In this document: positions 21,750 to 32,887 of the stretch, in pieces
Layout: every line of letters begins with the position of its first letter
How positions within the stretch are numbered: the first letter of the stretch is position 1
Assembly (NCBI GenBank): GCA_963804075.1
Contig: CAWDPB010000095.1
Coordinates: forward strand, 17,379 to 81,378
Direction of reading: 5' to 3'
Source: an uncultured Acidobacteriaceae bacterium
GTDB lineage: Bacteria > Acidobacteriota > Terriglobia > Terriglobales > Acidobacteriaceae
Length of the DNA stretch: 64,000 bases
Position numbers and translations under genes: made by a program
Notes under the pieces: model-generated
What the model saw: only the letters and a program-made list of their open reading frames with translations
Told to the model about the DNA's origin: nothing
Databases searched by the model: none

Positions 21750-22743
21750 TTAGGTCTTCGCCGCTGCGCCTTTTGGTTCCACGTGCCCGCCGAATTTCTG
21801 GCGCATGGCGGAGAGCATCTTATCCGCGAAAGTGTGCTCCTGGCGCGAACGGAAGCGCGCAAAGAGCGCCGCGGTCAGCACTTCCGCCGGCACCGCTTCT
21901 TCGATCGCGGCCTGGATGGTCCAGCGGCCTTCGCCCGAATCCTGCACGAAGCCGCTGTACTCGGCGAGCGTGGGATTCTCCGCCAGCGCCATCGCGGTCA
22001 GGTCGAGCAGCCACGAACTGATCACGCTGCCGCGCCGCCACACTTCGGCGATCTCCGGCAGGTTGAGGTCGTAGCGAATGTCGGCCGGCAGATCCTTGCT
22101 GGTGGCGTTCTTGAAAATGTCGAAACCCTCAGCGTAAGCCTGCATGATGCCGTACTCGATGCCGTTGTGCACCATCTTGACGAAATGGCCGGAGCCGCTC
22201 GGGCCGCAGTGGATGTAGCCGTTTTCGGCGGTAGCCGCCGAGTTTGTCGAAGCCGGGAGTGCGCGGGATGTCGCCGCGTCCGGGCGCGAGCGTTTTGAAA
22301 ATCGGATCGAGCCGCTGGACGGCTTCTTTCGGGCCGCCAATCATCATGCAGTATCCGCGCTCCAGTCCCCACACGCCGCCGCTGGTGCCGACGTCAACAT
22401 AATGGACGCCTTTGGCTGCGCAGATTTGCGAGCGGCGCACGTCATCTTTGAAATAGGAGTTGCCGCCGTCGATGATGGTGTCGCCAGCTTGCATGCGCGA
22501 AAGCAGGCTCTGGACAGTCTTTTCCGTGGCATCGCCGGAGGGAACCATGACCCAGGCGGCGCGCGGCGGCGTCAGCTTCGCGACCAGATCATCGAGAGAC
22601 GATGAGCCGGTCGCGCCTTCGCCGGCGATTTGCTTGACGGCGTCGGGACTCAGATCGGAGACGACAAGTTGATGGCCGCCGCGCATCAGTCGCCGCGTCA
22701 TGTTGGCGCCCATGCGCCCCAGGCCTACCATTCCAAGTTGCAT
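21750..22743 (-). CDS. gnd: 6-phosphogluconate dehydrogenase (decarboxylating, short form), one frame disruption
   Basis: ORF 22129..22743 ([19 protein letters not shown]...[19 protein letters not shown]) joins ORF 21750..22340 at ...[34 protein letters not shown], near 22232. Confidence 0.9.
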
Positions 22744-22838
22744 TTTTGCTCCTTGACGTCAGGGGCTATAACCCCATCTTTTTATAGATCCGCACGGCGT
22801 GGCAAAAGGCCGCGCCTTTCAACCATCTTGTGCGAAGG

Positions 22839-25724
22839 CTATAAAGCTTGTTGCACGAATTCCGCCAGTTTCTTGAGTCCCGCTTTCACATCGCTGCCGA
22901 TGTGTACACGCAAGGCGCGGCGGTTGCGTTCGGCTAGAACCGCGAAATCTCCGCGTGCCTGCGCGGCTTTTACGACGCCGAAAGTATATTTCTGCTGCGG
23001 AACGGGGAAATCGGCTGCGTCATCGCAGGTGATCTGAAGAAACACTCCGCTGTTAGGGCCGCCTTTGTAGGCTTGTCCGGTCGAATGCAGAAAGCGCGGG
23101 CCAAAGCCCAGGCAAGTGGCTACGTGCTTCTTGTCGCGTACGCTCATGCGCAGCGATTGCAGCAGCGATTCATGCGCCGGGTTCATCTCGATATAGCCGA
23201 GCACCGCGAAATAATCCCCAGCTTTTATCCGCGCAAGATGCGCGCGCAGGTAGCCTGCCAGCGATGCGATCATTGCCTACGGCCTTTGCAAGGTCGGCGG
23301 CATTCTTGTCGTCGGTGAAGAGTTTGAAGCCCGCTTCTTCAAGGATTGGCTTCTCGGCGGGCAGGGAACCTTTGGCTTCGTATTCGGACGTCAGTTTCTT
23401 GGTCTCGATCTTGCTGGCTTCCACATCGGGCTGATTGAAGGCGTTGATGCCGATGATGGAGCCGGCGACGGCGGTGGCGATCTCCCAGCGGAAGAATTCC
23501 TGGCCCAGGTTATAAACGTCGGCAACGGCGATGCGCACGACCGGCTGGCCGGCTTTTTCCAGAGCGGCGACTTTGGCGTCTTGCGCGGCATCCGGCGATC
23601 CTTCCAGGCGGAGGTAGGCGAAGATGCGGTCGTTTCCATAGACCTCGGGCGCGCCGAGCGCTTCGCGATCCACCGGAATAATGCCCTTGCCGATCTTTGC
23701 CGGTGGATTCGGCGATCAGCTGCTCCAGCCACGCGCCCAGATCGGCGATGCCGGGCGAAGTGATGAGCGTGATTTTGTCGCGGCCCAGTTTCGCGGCAGA
23801 GCCGAGGATGAGGCCGAGCATCACGCCGGGATTCTGTTCCACGGGAGCCGACGGCGGCGCAGGCATCCGCCATTTCGTTTGGCGCGCTCCAGAAATTTAT
23901 CGGTGTCCATGCCCATGGCGGCGGCCGGAATCATGCCGAAGTTGGAGAGCGCGGAATAGCGGCCGCCGATCGAGGGCACGCCGTAGAAGATGTGGCGGAA
24001 GCGGTCGCGCTCGGCGACCTGCTGCATCTTGGAGCCCGGATCGGTGATGGCGATGAAGTGGCTGCCCGCCTTGTCGGCGCCCACGGTCTGCTGCACGCGC
24101 TCGAAGAAATACTGTTTGTAAGATATTCGGTTCGAGCGTGCTGCCGGATTTGCTGGAAACGATGAAGAGCGTTTTCGCGAGATCGACTTCTTCTCGATGC
24201 TCTTGATCTGCGCGGGGTCGGTGGAGTCGAGAATGTGCAGTCGCGGAAAGCCCGGTGCTTGCGGATAGGTCAGCGAGAGCACTTCGGGGCACAGGCTCGA
24301 TCCGCCCATGCCGAGCAGAGAATGTCGGAGAACCCGCCGCTTTGACTTCGGCCGCGAAATCTCTCAGCTTTGCGGCGACCTTAGTTGCTCGTCGACAATC
24401 GTTAGCCAGCCCAGCCATTTGGCTTCGTCGTCGTTGGTCCAGAGAGAGGCGTCTTTCTGCCAGAGCAGTCTTACTTTTCCAAGCGCGCGCCAGTCGTTAA
24501 CGTTTTTTTTTACGGCGGCGTCAAGATCGGCCGGCAGAGTTGCGAGTTTGCGCGTTAACTGTAGCGACGCGGGCCGCGGCGAACTCTTCTCGACGGCCGC
24601 GAGCAGCTTGTCGAAGGCGTCGGCGAACAGTTTCACGCCATCGGCGGTGAGCTTGTCGGTCACTTCTTTCATGGAGATGCCGGCCGCCGCAAGATCGGAC
24701 ATGGTTGTGCGCGCGCCGTCCAGATCTTCATTCAAGCTTTGGCGCGGCTTGCCATGATCGCGGAATGCGTCGAGCGTTGCTGGCGGGATGGTGTTAACCG
24801 TGTCGGGGCCGATCAGTTCTTCAACGTAAATGACGTCGCGGTAGTTGGGATTCTTGGTGCTTGTGCTGGCCCACAGAACGCGCTGCGTCTGCGCGCCTTT
24901 GGCGGCGAGCGCCTTCCAGCGCGGCGAAGAAAAAATCCGCTCGTAGGCTTCATAGGTCAGCTTGCCGTTGGCGATGGCGACTTTACCCTGGATGCTTTGC
25001 AGTTTCGCTTTGCGCCCGCATCGTTCCGTTTTGATTTTCTCCGCTGTCATCGAATCGATCAGGGAATCGATGCGGCTGATGAAGAAGCTGGCGACACTGG
25101 CGATCTTGCTCAGGTCTCCGCCGGTCGCGGCAAATTTCCGACGTCCATCGATATAGGCCGCCGCCACTTCCTCATACACAGGCTGCGCGAACAGCAGCGT
25201 GACATTCACATTGATGCCTTCGCTGATGAGCTGGCGAAACGCCGGGAATGCCCGCGGCGTGCCAGGAACTTTGATCATGACATTTTCGCGGCCGACGGAT
25301 TTCCAAAGGCGGCGCGCTTCGTCGAGGTGCCGTTGGTGTCGTTGGCCAGATAGGGAGAAACTTCGAGACTCACATAGCCATCGCGCTTCTTCGTGCTTTG
25401 GTAGACGGGCAGCAGTAGGTCGGCGGCATCCTGAATGTCGCGGATGGCGAGCAATTCGTAACGGCCCTTGGCATCGAGATCGGCACGCTTGGCCAGCGAG
25501 TCGAGAAAGTCCTGGTATTGCGACGAAGCTTCGATAGCTTTTTCAAAAATGGCGGGATTCGAGGTCATGCCGCGAAGGCCGTCTTCGTCGATCAGGCGCT
25601 GCAGACCGCCGCCTTTGAGCAAGTCGCGGCGGATGTAGTCGAGCCAGATGGACTGACCGAAAGTTGCAAGCTGTTTCAAAGGATTCGCGGCCTTGGGTGT
25701 TTCGAGAGTGCTTACGGGGTTCAT
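22839..25724 (-). CDS. Bifunctional transaldolase / glucose-6-phosphate isomerase, heavily frame-disrupted (about 8-9 changes)
   Basis: AGGAG plus ATG 25724. The transaldolase part is QSIWLDYIRRDLL, RGMTSNPAIFEKAI and MIKVPGTPRAFPAF. The PGI part is GMGGSSLCPEVL, LFIVSSKSGSTLEPNI, GGRYSALSNFGMIPAA and the C-terminal ...GFGPRFLHSTGQAYKGG. The pieces lie in ORFs 25275..25730, 24364..25278, 23897..24418, 23821..24309, 23510..23866, 23170..23673 and 22839..23273. Confidence 0.9.
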
Positions 25725-25774
25725 TGCCAACTCCTGAAGTTCTGGTAATACGTTCTAGCCAGTGGTGGTGCCAG

Positions 25775-25796
25775 GAGACGAGGCAAGCCCCGTCTC
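25775..25796. repeat. REP-like hairpin GAGACGAGG-CAAG-CCCCGTCTC in the tkt/tal-pgi spacer
   Basis: Second copy of the 17945-17966 element, with one A/C mismatch in the stem. Confidence 0.55.
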
Positions 25797-25804
25797 TACC
25801 TAAC

Positions 25805-27893
25805 CTATTTGCCGATTAACTCGCGAGCCGCCTGCGCGACGGCATCGACCGTGAAGCCAAACTTCTTTTGCAGATCTTTCAGCGGTGCCGAGGCTCCAAA
25901 GCTACGCATGCCAATGACGCGGCCACTCGATCCCGTGTATCGCTCCCAGCCAAGAACTGACGCCTGTTCCACGGCCACACGAGCGGTGACGCTGGGCGAG
26001 GACATGGTCGCGATAACTCTGGTCCTGATGGTCGAATAGATCCCAACAAGGGATGCTGACAACTCGCGCGCGGATGCCTTCAGTTTTCAGTTTCTCGTAG
26101 GCATCAATGCAGAGATAAATCTCGCTGCCGGTGGTGATCAGAATCACCTGCGGCGGACCGCCTTCAGAATCGGCCAGAATGTAGCCGCCGCGCGCCAGCC
26201 CTGCTGCCGAAGCATATTTCGTGCGGTCGAGAGTTGGGAGCGCCTGCCGCGTTAGGATCAGCGCGACTGGTTCCTTCTTCAGCTTCATAATCACTTTCCA
26301 CGCCTCAAGAACTTCGTTCGCGTCGGCAGGGCGGATTGTCATCAGACCGGGAACCGCGCGCAATGTTGGCAGTTGCTCGATCGGTTGGTGCGTGGGACCG
26401 TCTTCACCTACGCCGATGGAGTCGTGCGTGTAAATCCAGATCGACGGAATTTCCATGATCGCCGAGAGACGAATCGCGGGCTTCATGTAGTCGGAGAAGA
26501 TCAGGAACGTCGAGCCGTAGGAGCGGAGATACGACAATGCCATTCCATTGACGATAGCTCCCATGGCGTGTTCGCGAATTCCGAAGTGGAAGTTGCGCGC
26601 GTTATGCTGTGAGGCTTCGAAATCGTTCGCGCCTTCGAAGGTGAGCCGCGTTTTAGTCGAGGGATACAAATCGGCAGAGCCACCCATCAGCCACGGATCG
26701 TTCTTGGCGATGGCGTTCAGAACCTTCGAAGACGAATCGCGAGTTGCGAGCCCCTTAGCGTCGGCGGCGAAGGTGGGAAGTTCCTTGTCCCATCCATTGG
26801 GGAGTTCGCGCTTCCCCATGCATGTAAACTGGTCTGCCAGATCGGAGAATTGAGTGGCGTATTTCTGAAACAGCGCCCGCCAACCCGAACTGAGCTGATG
26901 TCCCCGCTTGCCCATGACTGCACTGAAGTTCTCGCGCACGCCTTCCGGCACAAGAAACTTGGCGTCTTCAGGCCAGCCATAAAAGCGCTTGGTCAGCTTG
27001 ACTTCGTCTTCACCGAGCGGTTCGCCATGTGCCTCTTTTGTGTCCTGGCGGTGCGGTGCGCCGTAGCCAATGTGGCTATCGACGATGATCAGCTTCGGGT
27101 GGTCGGTGACGCTAAGTGCATGGCGATATGCGTTCGCAAGCGCGTCGAGATCGTTGGCATCGTGAACATGCGCCACGTCCCAGCCATAGGCCTTGAAGCG
27201 CGCGTCCGACATCTTCATCGAACGCGAGGTCGGTGTTACCCTCGATGGTGATTTTATTGTTGTCGTAGATCCAGCAGAGGTTTCCGAGCTTAAGATGTCC
27301 GGCAACGGACGCGGCTTCCGAGGAGATTCCTTCCATCATGTCGCCGTCGCCGCAGGAGAACCCAAGTGTTGTAAGTGAAGAGATCGAATCCCGGGCGATT
27401 GAAATGTGCGGCAAGCCAACGCTGAGCGATGGCCATGCCCACACTGGTCGCGACCCCCTGGCCGAGCGGGCCCGGTCGTTGTTTCGACGCCTGTGGTCAG
27501 ACCATATTCAGGGTGGCCGGGAGTTTTGCTGCCCAGTTGGCGGAAATTCTTAATTTCGTCGAGGGAGACAGCGGGCGAGGAGAGAACTTTTCCGTCCGCG
27601 CTGACCTCGCGAACGCCGGTCAGATAAAGCAGGGAATAGAGCAACATGGAGGCGTGGCCGTTGGAGAGCACGAAGCGGTCACGGTTCGGCCAGTGCGGAT
27701 CTTGAGGATCATAGCGGAGAAATTCCTGCCAAAGGCTGTATGCGACCGGGGCCAGTCCCATGGGCGCGCCAGGATGGCCGGAATTCGCCTTTTGCACGGC
27801 ATCAATGGACAGCGTGCGAATCGTATTGATACAAAGCTGGTCGAGCTGTTTGCCGGTTGTTTTCCCGGCGATAGCCTGGTCGCTGACTGCCAT
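25805..27893 (-). CDS. tkt: Transketolase, about four frame disruptions
   Basis: Runs from ATG 27893 ([11 protein letters not shown]...). Motifs [32 protein letters not shown] and [25 protein letters not shown], with C-terminal [16 protein letters not shown]. The path crosses ORFs 27336..27929, 27112..27444, 25902..27305 and 25805..26062, plus a short stretch in the third frame ([36 protein letters not shown]). Confidence 0.92.
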
Positions 27894-28077
27894 CTGTTTT
27901 CCTCCCCACGCAGACCGACTGCCTTCCACTTAGATGAAGATGGACCCGATTCGATACGGCTTGAGACGAAATAATCGGATTGATCCGATGCGCCAATATC
28001 ACGACTAAGAGATTACAAAATCAAGTCCGATTCTACACCGTTGAGGAATGCGGAAGCCGATGGGAGTGCTCTAAAGT

Positions 28078-29350
28078 TTACGTCAGATAGATCTTGCCTT
28101 GCGTAATGCGGTGTTGGAGCGTGGCTGCAAGCTGATCGACGTCGGTCGCCGACAAATTCAGCGTGCCCGTTTCGAGGAGAGGAAGGCGGTTGTTTCCGAC
28201 CGCATCGCGGCGCACTTGAATCAGCAAAGCCTGCAGTGCTTGGGGATCGTATTTTTGGGGTGTCATGCGGATCAGTTCCTGAATCGCGGACCCGACCGAG
28301 AGGCGCTCGCGGTAGGGCCGTTCCGTGGTCATGGCATCGAAGGAGTCGGCGAGCGCGATAATGCGCACCGGCATCGCCATTTCGTCCCCGTGCAGCCCGT
28401 CCGGGTAGCCGGAGCCATCTCCTCGTTCGTGATGCCACCGCACGATCTCCGGAATTTGCGGCCACGGGAACTGAACGTGGCTGACGATCTGATGGCCCAC
28501 GACAGTATGGTCGCGCATGGCGCGCGATTCCTCGGCGTCGAGCGATGAGGTTTTGGCGAAAAGGCGGGTATCGACCGCGACCTTTCCGATATCGTGCAGG
28601 TACCCCGCCGAGCGCAACGCGGCGACAGCGTTGGGATCGAGGCCGAGAGCTTCTCCGATGGCCTGCGCATAGCGGCCGACGCGCAGCGAGTGGCCATGAA
28701 TGTTGACGTGCTTGACGTCGATGGCTGTGGCGAAGGCTTCGAGTGCGTTGTCGTAAAAGCCGTGCAGCGAAGCCAGGAGCCGCAGGTTTTCGGAAACTCG
28801 CTGCGCCAGCGTCTGGCTCAGACTGTAATTCTGGATGGCGAGCGCAACGTAATTACCGATCATCTGGAAGGCTTCGAGCGCGTCCTCCTCGTAAACCGCA
28901 TCGCCGGGACGACGTCCAAGAGCGATTGCTCCCACCAGCTTGCCCCGGACCTTTAAGCGGGCCCACGCATCGGAAAAGCTCGGGCGCCACATTGCCATTG
29001 GAACTGAGGAAAGAGTCGATATTGGAACCATCGAGCAGGACCGGACCGGCGGATGACGTGAGGCCATGAATGTGCCGGGGCAGAAGCGGAATGATCGCCG
29101 GGTCGGGCAGCAGCGCGAAGCCCTGCCCATCGAGCGAGGTGAGCAGAGAAGGCCGCTCGGCGAAGCTGAAAAGCACCGCTTCGCGGGCACCCGCTGCTTC
29201 CATGACCGCGCTCAGCATAGCCCGCGCGGTTTGACGGAAGTCGCGGTCCGCGGTTAGCACTGTACCGAGATCGGTCAGCGCTTCAACCGCTCTTAAAAGT
29301 TTCTTGAGATTGGTGGGCTGCACTCCCGCGTGCGGAGATACCTGCGACAC
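28078..29350 (-). CDS. GAF-domain HD-GYP phosphohydrolase (putative c-di-GMP phosphodiesterase), one frame disruption
   Basis: HGHSLRVGRYA, YLHDIGK and HHERGDGSGYPDGL (HD-GYP signature) in ORF 28078..29190. The GAF-like N-terminus is in ORF 28853..29350. The start codon is GTG. Confidence 0.85.
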
Positions 29351-29535
29351 CAGAGCTTCACCAGCGTAGCATGCAGCGTGGGCGCCCGATTGTTGGTTAG
29401 TTTGGTGCTGGAATCGAGGGCGATACTATGAATGACGCCTCCGTGTTCTATAGTTCGCCTCTTGTTTGGCCGTTGCCTGTTCGAAAGGTTTTTCTCGCGA
29501 TGCACACTCATAGCGAGTCCATGCTGAGGCTTACC

Positions 29536-29564
29536 TTGACACTCGCCGTCACTTGCCTCATACT
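29536..29564 (+). promoter_or_regulatory. Candidate sigma70-type promoter (TTGACA-N17-CATACT)
   Basis: TTGACA at 29536-29541, a 17-nt spacer, and CATACT at 29559-29564, upstream of the GAF-TonB_C gene. The architecture matches the one at 5489-5517. Confidence 0.3.
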
Positions 29565-29626
29565 TCGGCCAAACCACGCGTCACAAAGAATCTTTCCAGC
29601 CCCGCCGGGTTTTCCCGGCGCGTGAC

Positions 29627-31162
29627 GTGTATTTTATCGACGGAGAGCAGCCCGTGGCTGGACCCCAATCCGACCCGCTTCCGTTCCGGAACGTTCCGGG
29701 CTCTTCCGGGCCCGATTCCGAGAAGTCTTCTGCGGTTTTTCAGCCCGTCAGCCGCGAAGAAATCCTGGCCCTTGGCTCTCTCAAGCAGCTTATTTCTCGA
29801 GGAGAGCACGGACTCGACTGGATGCTGTTTTCGATTGCAGACGCCGCACGGCGCTTGACGGGAGCGTCCGGCGCCGCCATCGCGATGTGGAAAGACGGCA
29901 ACATGGTGTGCCGCGCGCGCAGCGGCGACACCGCGCCCGAACTTGGCGCGCAATTGAGCGTAAATGAGGGGATTTCAGGTGAGTGCCTGCGTACGGGCGA
30001 AGTCCAGCATTGTGCCGATGTGGAGCATAGTCCGCTGGTGAATGTGGATGTGTGCCGCAAACTGGGGCTCCGGTCGATTGCGGTGTTGCCCGTTCGTGGC
30101 TGGCGCGGTGTCAACGGGATTCTAGAGGTGTTTTCGACATTGCCGGGTGCTTTCAGCCAGCATGAACTTGCGCTTCTCGGGGAGATGACGAGCCTTGCCG
30201 AAATGGCGCGAGCTTCACAGCCTCACGGTGCTTCGCAGTGGGCAGCCAAGGGAGAAGTCGAGCCCCCCAGGCCCTCTGGCTTGCTTCCAGCCTCCGATCC
30301 AGTAGGCGACGTTGCCCTCGCTGTGGTGGGCGGCCGATCCCGCCGGCTGGTTTTGGGCGCGATTGGTGTGGCGGCAATCGGGTTGATAGTGCTGGTCATC
30401 TGGCTGGGATGGAAAGGTGCGGATTGGAAAGGCAGCGATGCTCACGCCGCTCCGCAGCCTTTTGTCGCAGCGACGGTGGCCGCGCCCGCCGCGCAGCCTC
30501 ATCTTCCGGATAACGATCCGGTATGGCAGCCGAATCCCGGAGGCGAGGTGCTAATCGCATCCGGCGGCAAGGAGACGAGCAAGGCGAGCGCCAAACCTTC
30601 CGCTGGATTCCCGGTGAAACTGGCGTCGAAGACAGAAGTGCTTGAGGGTAAGAAAACGCAAGCTGGCCGGTCGCTGTTAAGCGCCGACGCGGCCAATGTT
30701 GCTTTGCCGCGCCGAGCGGCGGGTTCCGACGAGGGCGCAGATGTCAATGTGCTGCCCGCTCCGCCCGCAGCTCTGCCTGCGGAACAGACAATCTCAATTG
30801 AAGCGCCCTCGCTTGCCTCTCGCTCTGCCGATGCCTCGAGACTCGCGGCGCTTTCCGCTGCTGCTCCGCATGCGATTACTCCTCCGATGTCGCAAGGAGT
30901 GTCGGGCGGTCAGCTGCTGCACCGCGTTCCGCCGGTTTACCCAGCGCAAGCCAGAAGTATGCGTGTGGAAGGCCGAGTGGTTTTGAGCGCGATGGTGAGT
31001 GAGGATGGGCGCGTCGGCGACGTAAAGGTAGTCGACGGACCGTCCGCTCTCGCGCCTGCCGCTGTAAACGCGGTGAAGTCCTGGGTGTATAAACCCTTCT
31101 TGCTCGACGGCAAGCCGATCAAGAGAGAAACGAAAATCACAATCGACTTCAAGCTCCCTTAG
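29627..31162 (+). CDS. GAF domain, TM helix and TonB C-terminal domain protein
   Basis: GAF-like block (AAIAMWKDGNMVCRARSGDTAPELGAQL...GISGECLRTGEV...IAVLPV...GILEVFS), a TM helix (LVLGAIGVAAIGLIVLVIWLGW), a long A/P/S linker, and TonB_C (VPPVYPAQARSMRVEGRVVLSAMVSEDGRVGDVKVV...VKSWVYKPF). The GTG start is uncertain. Confidence 0.7.
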   Translation: MYFIDGEQPVAGPQSDPLPFRNVPGSSGPDSEKSSAVFQPVSREEILALGSLKQLISRGEHGLDWMLFSIADAARRLTGASGAAIAMWKDGNMVCRARSGDTAPELGAQLSVNEGISGECLRTGEVQHCADVEHSPLVNVDVCRKLGLRSIAVLPVRGWRGVNGILEVFSTLPGAFSQHELALLGEMTSLAEMARASQPHGASQWAAKGEVEPPRPSGLLPASDPVGDVALAVVGGRSRRLVLGAIGVAAIGLIVLVIWLGWKGADWKGSDAHAAPQPFVAATVAAPAAQPHLPDNDPVWQPNPGGEVLIASGGKETSKASAKPSAGFPVKLASKTEVLEGKKTQAGRSLLSADAANVALPRRAAGSDEGADVNVLPAPPAALPAEQTISIEAPSLASRSADASRLAALSAAAPHAITPPMSQGVSGGQLLHRVPPVYPAQARSMRVEGRVVLSAMVSEDGRVGDVKVVDGPSALAPAAVNAVKSWVYKPFLLDGKPIKRETKITIDFKLP

Positions 31163-31166
31163 GCGA

Positions 31167-32798
31167 TTACACTCCCACCGGGAACGGCTTAGTATGTGTT
31201 TCCGAACCCACCGACAGCCCTGCGAACCGGCCTTGCAGCAGCGACATCAGCCCCGTGCACCAGTATCCGATCACAAACAGAAGCAGAAACGGGACCGTGA
31301 AGTAATTTTCATTGTCAATAGCGTAGTAGACGGTTAGCGCGAAATAGCATCCGATCGCCAGTTCAACCCAGGGAACCCATTTCAAGCGCTTGCGGTATTT
31401 GGTGGCGCGGATTTTATCTTTCTTCGTTTCGACTCGATATTTTGGAGTGCGGACAAACGAAGTCTCCCGGCCGACCAGAGCCTCGAGCACCGCGCGAGTA
31501 TTCGTGATGGTTAAACCAATTCCCAGCGCCATCAGCAGTGGTAAATAAAGCAGCGACCGCATCCACGTTTTAGGAAAAAGCTCCTTCTGCGAAACCAGGT
31601 AGAAGCTGGAAATCGAAAATGTCGAAGCCATGAATAGGGGCAGGTCGATATACAGCATCTGGAACCATCCCTGGTAAAAGCGAATGATCATCGCTGGCAG
31701 CAACAACACCGAAAGCACGATCATCAGCGGATAACTCAGGTTTGCCGTGAGGTGATACCAGGCTTCAATTTTCTGGTGGCGCGAAACATCGCTCGAAAGA
31801 ATTTTCGGCAGGATCTTCTTCGAGACCTGGATCAATCCTTTAGCCCACCGCGCCTGCTGCGTTTTGAACGCGGTCATTTCCACCGGCAACTCGGCCGGGC
31901 ACTCCACGTCCTGGAGATAGATGAACCTCCATCCTTTTAGTTGCGCGCGATAGGAGAGATCGGTGTCTTCGGTGAGCGTGTCGTGCTCCCAGCCGCCAGC
32001 TTCGTCAATCGCCTTGCGGCGCCACATGCCGGCCGTGCCGTTGAAATTAAAGAAGACTCCGCTGCGCGCGCGCCCGGAGTGTTCGAGCACAAAATGGCCG
32101 TCAAGCAGGATGGCTTCGACCTGAGTGAGCAGCGAATAGTTGCGATTGATGTGCGTCCAGCGCGTTTGCACCATACCGGTTTTCGGGTCGGTGAAATGGT
32201 GGATGCACTTGAGAATGAAGTCGGGCGGCGGAACGAAGTCGGCATCGAAAATCGCGACAAACTCGCCCTTGGCCGTTTTGAGGCCTGCCTCGAGTGCTCC
32301 TGCCTTGAAGCCTTCGCGGTTTTCGCGGTGAATGTAGCTGACGGGATGGCCAAGCGCGACGTAGCGATCCACGAGCAGGCGCGCGACTTCGACGGTTTCG
32401 TCGGTCGAGTCGTCGAGCAGTTGAATGTCAAGCTTCTCGCGAGGATAGTCGAGACGGCAAACGGCATCGAGCAGGCGGTCGACAACATACTGCTCGTTAA
32501 AGATCGGCAGCTGGACCGTGACGCGAGGCAACTCCTCGAAATGGCCAGGCGGGTCGGTGGTCTTGTTCTTTCGCTTCTTGTAATAAAGGTAGACCAGCCA
32601 ATAACGATGGCCGCCATAACCCGCCAGAATAATCAGCACGATGAAGTAGGGAATCAGCAGCGCCAGGTCGAACGCGTTGACCTGATAGAGGCCCTGAAAA
32701 GTCTTATCCAGAAAATGCTGGCGAATGTACGGCCCCAAGCCTTTGGAGGCAAAGAATACCGCCAGCGCGGAAGGTTCGGGAAGCGGAGACATTAACAT
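31167..32798 (-). CDS. Processive family-2 glycosyltransferase (cellulose-synthase-like / CslA-like)
   Basis: Runs from ATG 32798. N-terminal TM helices, LPIFNEQYV, LLDDSTDET, FDADF (DxD), TEDTDLS and QQARW (QxxRW), then C-terminal TM helices. No PilZ domain was seen. Confidence 0.85.
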   Translation of the reverse strand: MLMSPLPEPSALAVFFASKGLGPYIRQHFLDKTFQGLYQVNAFDLALLIPYFIVLIILAGYGGHRYWLVYLYYKKRKNKTTDPPGHFEELPRVTVQLPIFNEQYVVDRLLDAVCRLDYPREKLDIQLLDDSTDETVEVARLLVDRYVALGHPVSYIHRENREGFKAGALEAGLKTAKGEFVAIFDADFVPPPDFILKCIHHFTDPKTGMVQTRWTHINRNYSLLTQVEAILLDGHFVLEHSGRARSGVFFNFNGTAGMWRRKAIDEAGGWEHDTLTEDTDLSYRAQLKGWRFIYLQDVECPAELPVEMTAFKTQQARWAKGLIQVSKKILPKILSSDVSRHQKIEAWYHLTANLSYPLMIVLSVLLLPAMIIRFYQGWFQMLYIDLPLFMASTFSISSFYLVSQKELFPKTWMRSLLYLPLLMALGIGLTITNTRAVLEALVGRETSFVRTPKYRVETKKDKIRATKYRKRLKWVPWVELAIGCYFALTVYYAIDNENYFTVPFLLLFVIGYWCTGLMSLLQGRFAGLSVGSETHTKPFPVGV

Positions 32799-32887
32799 CC
32801 GGGACAAGACTCTTAAGACAGAGCATTGTAAATGATTCGCGGCGAATGCCCTGAAGATCAGCCCATAGCCTAAAGCCGGGAGCCTTA

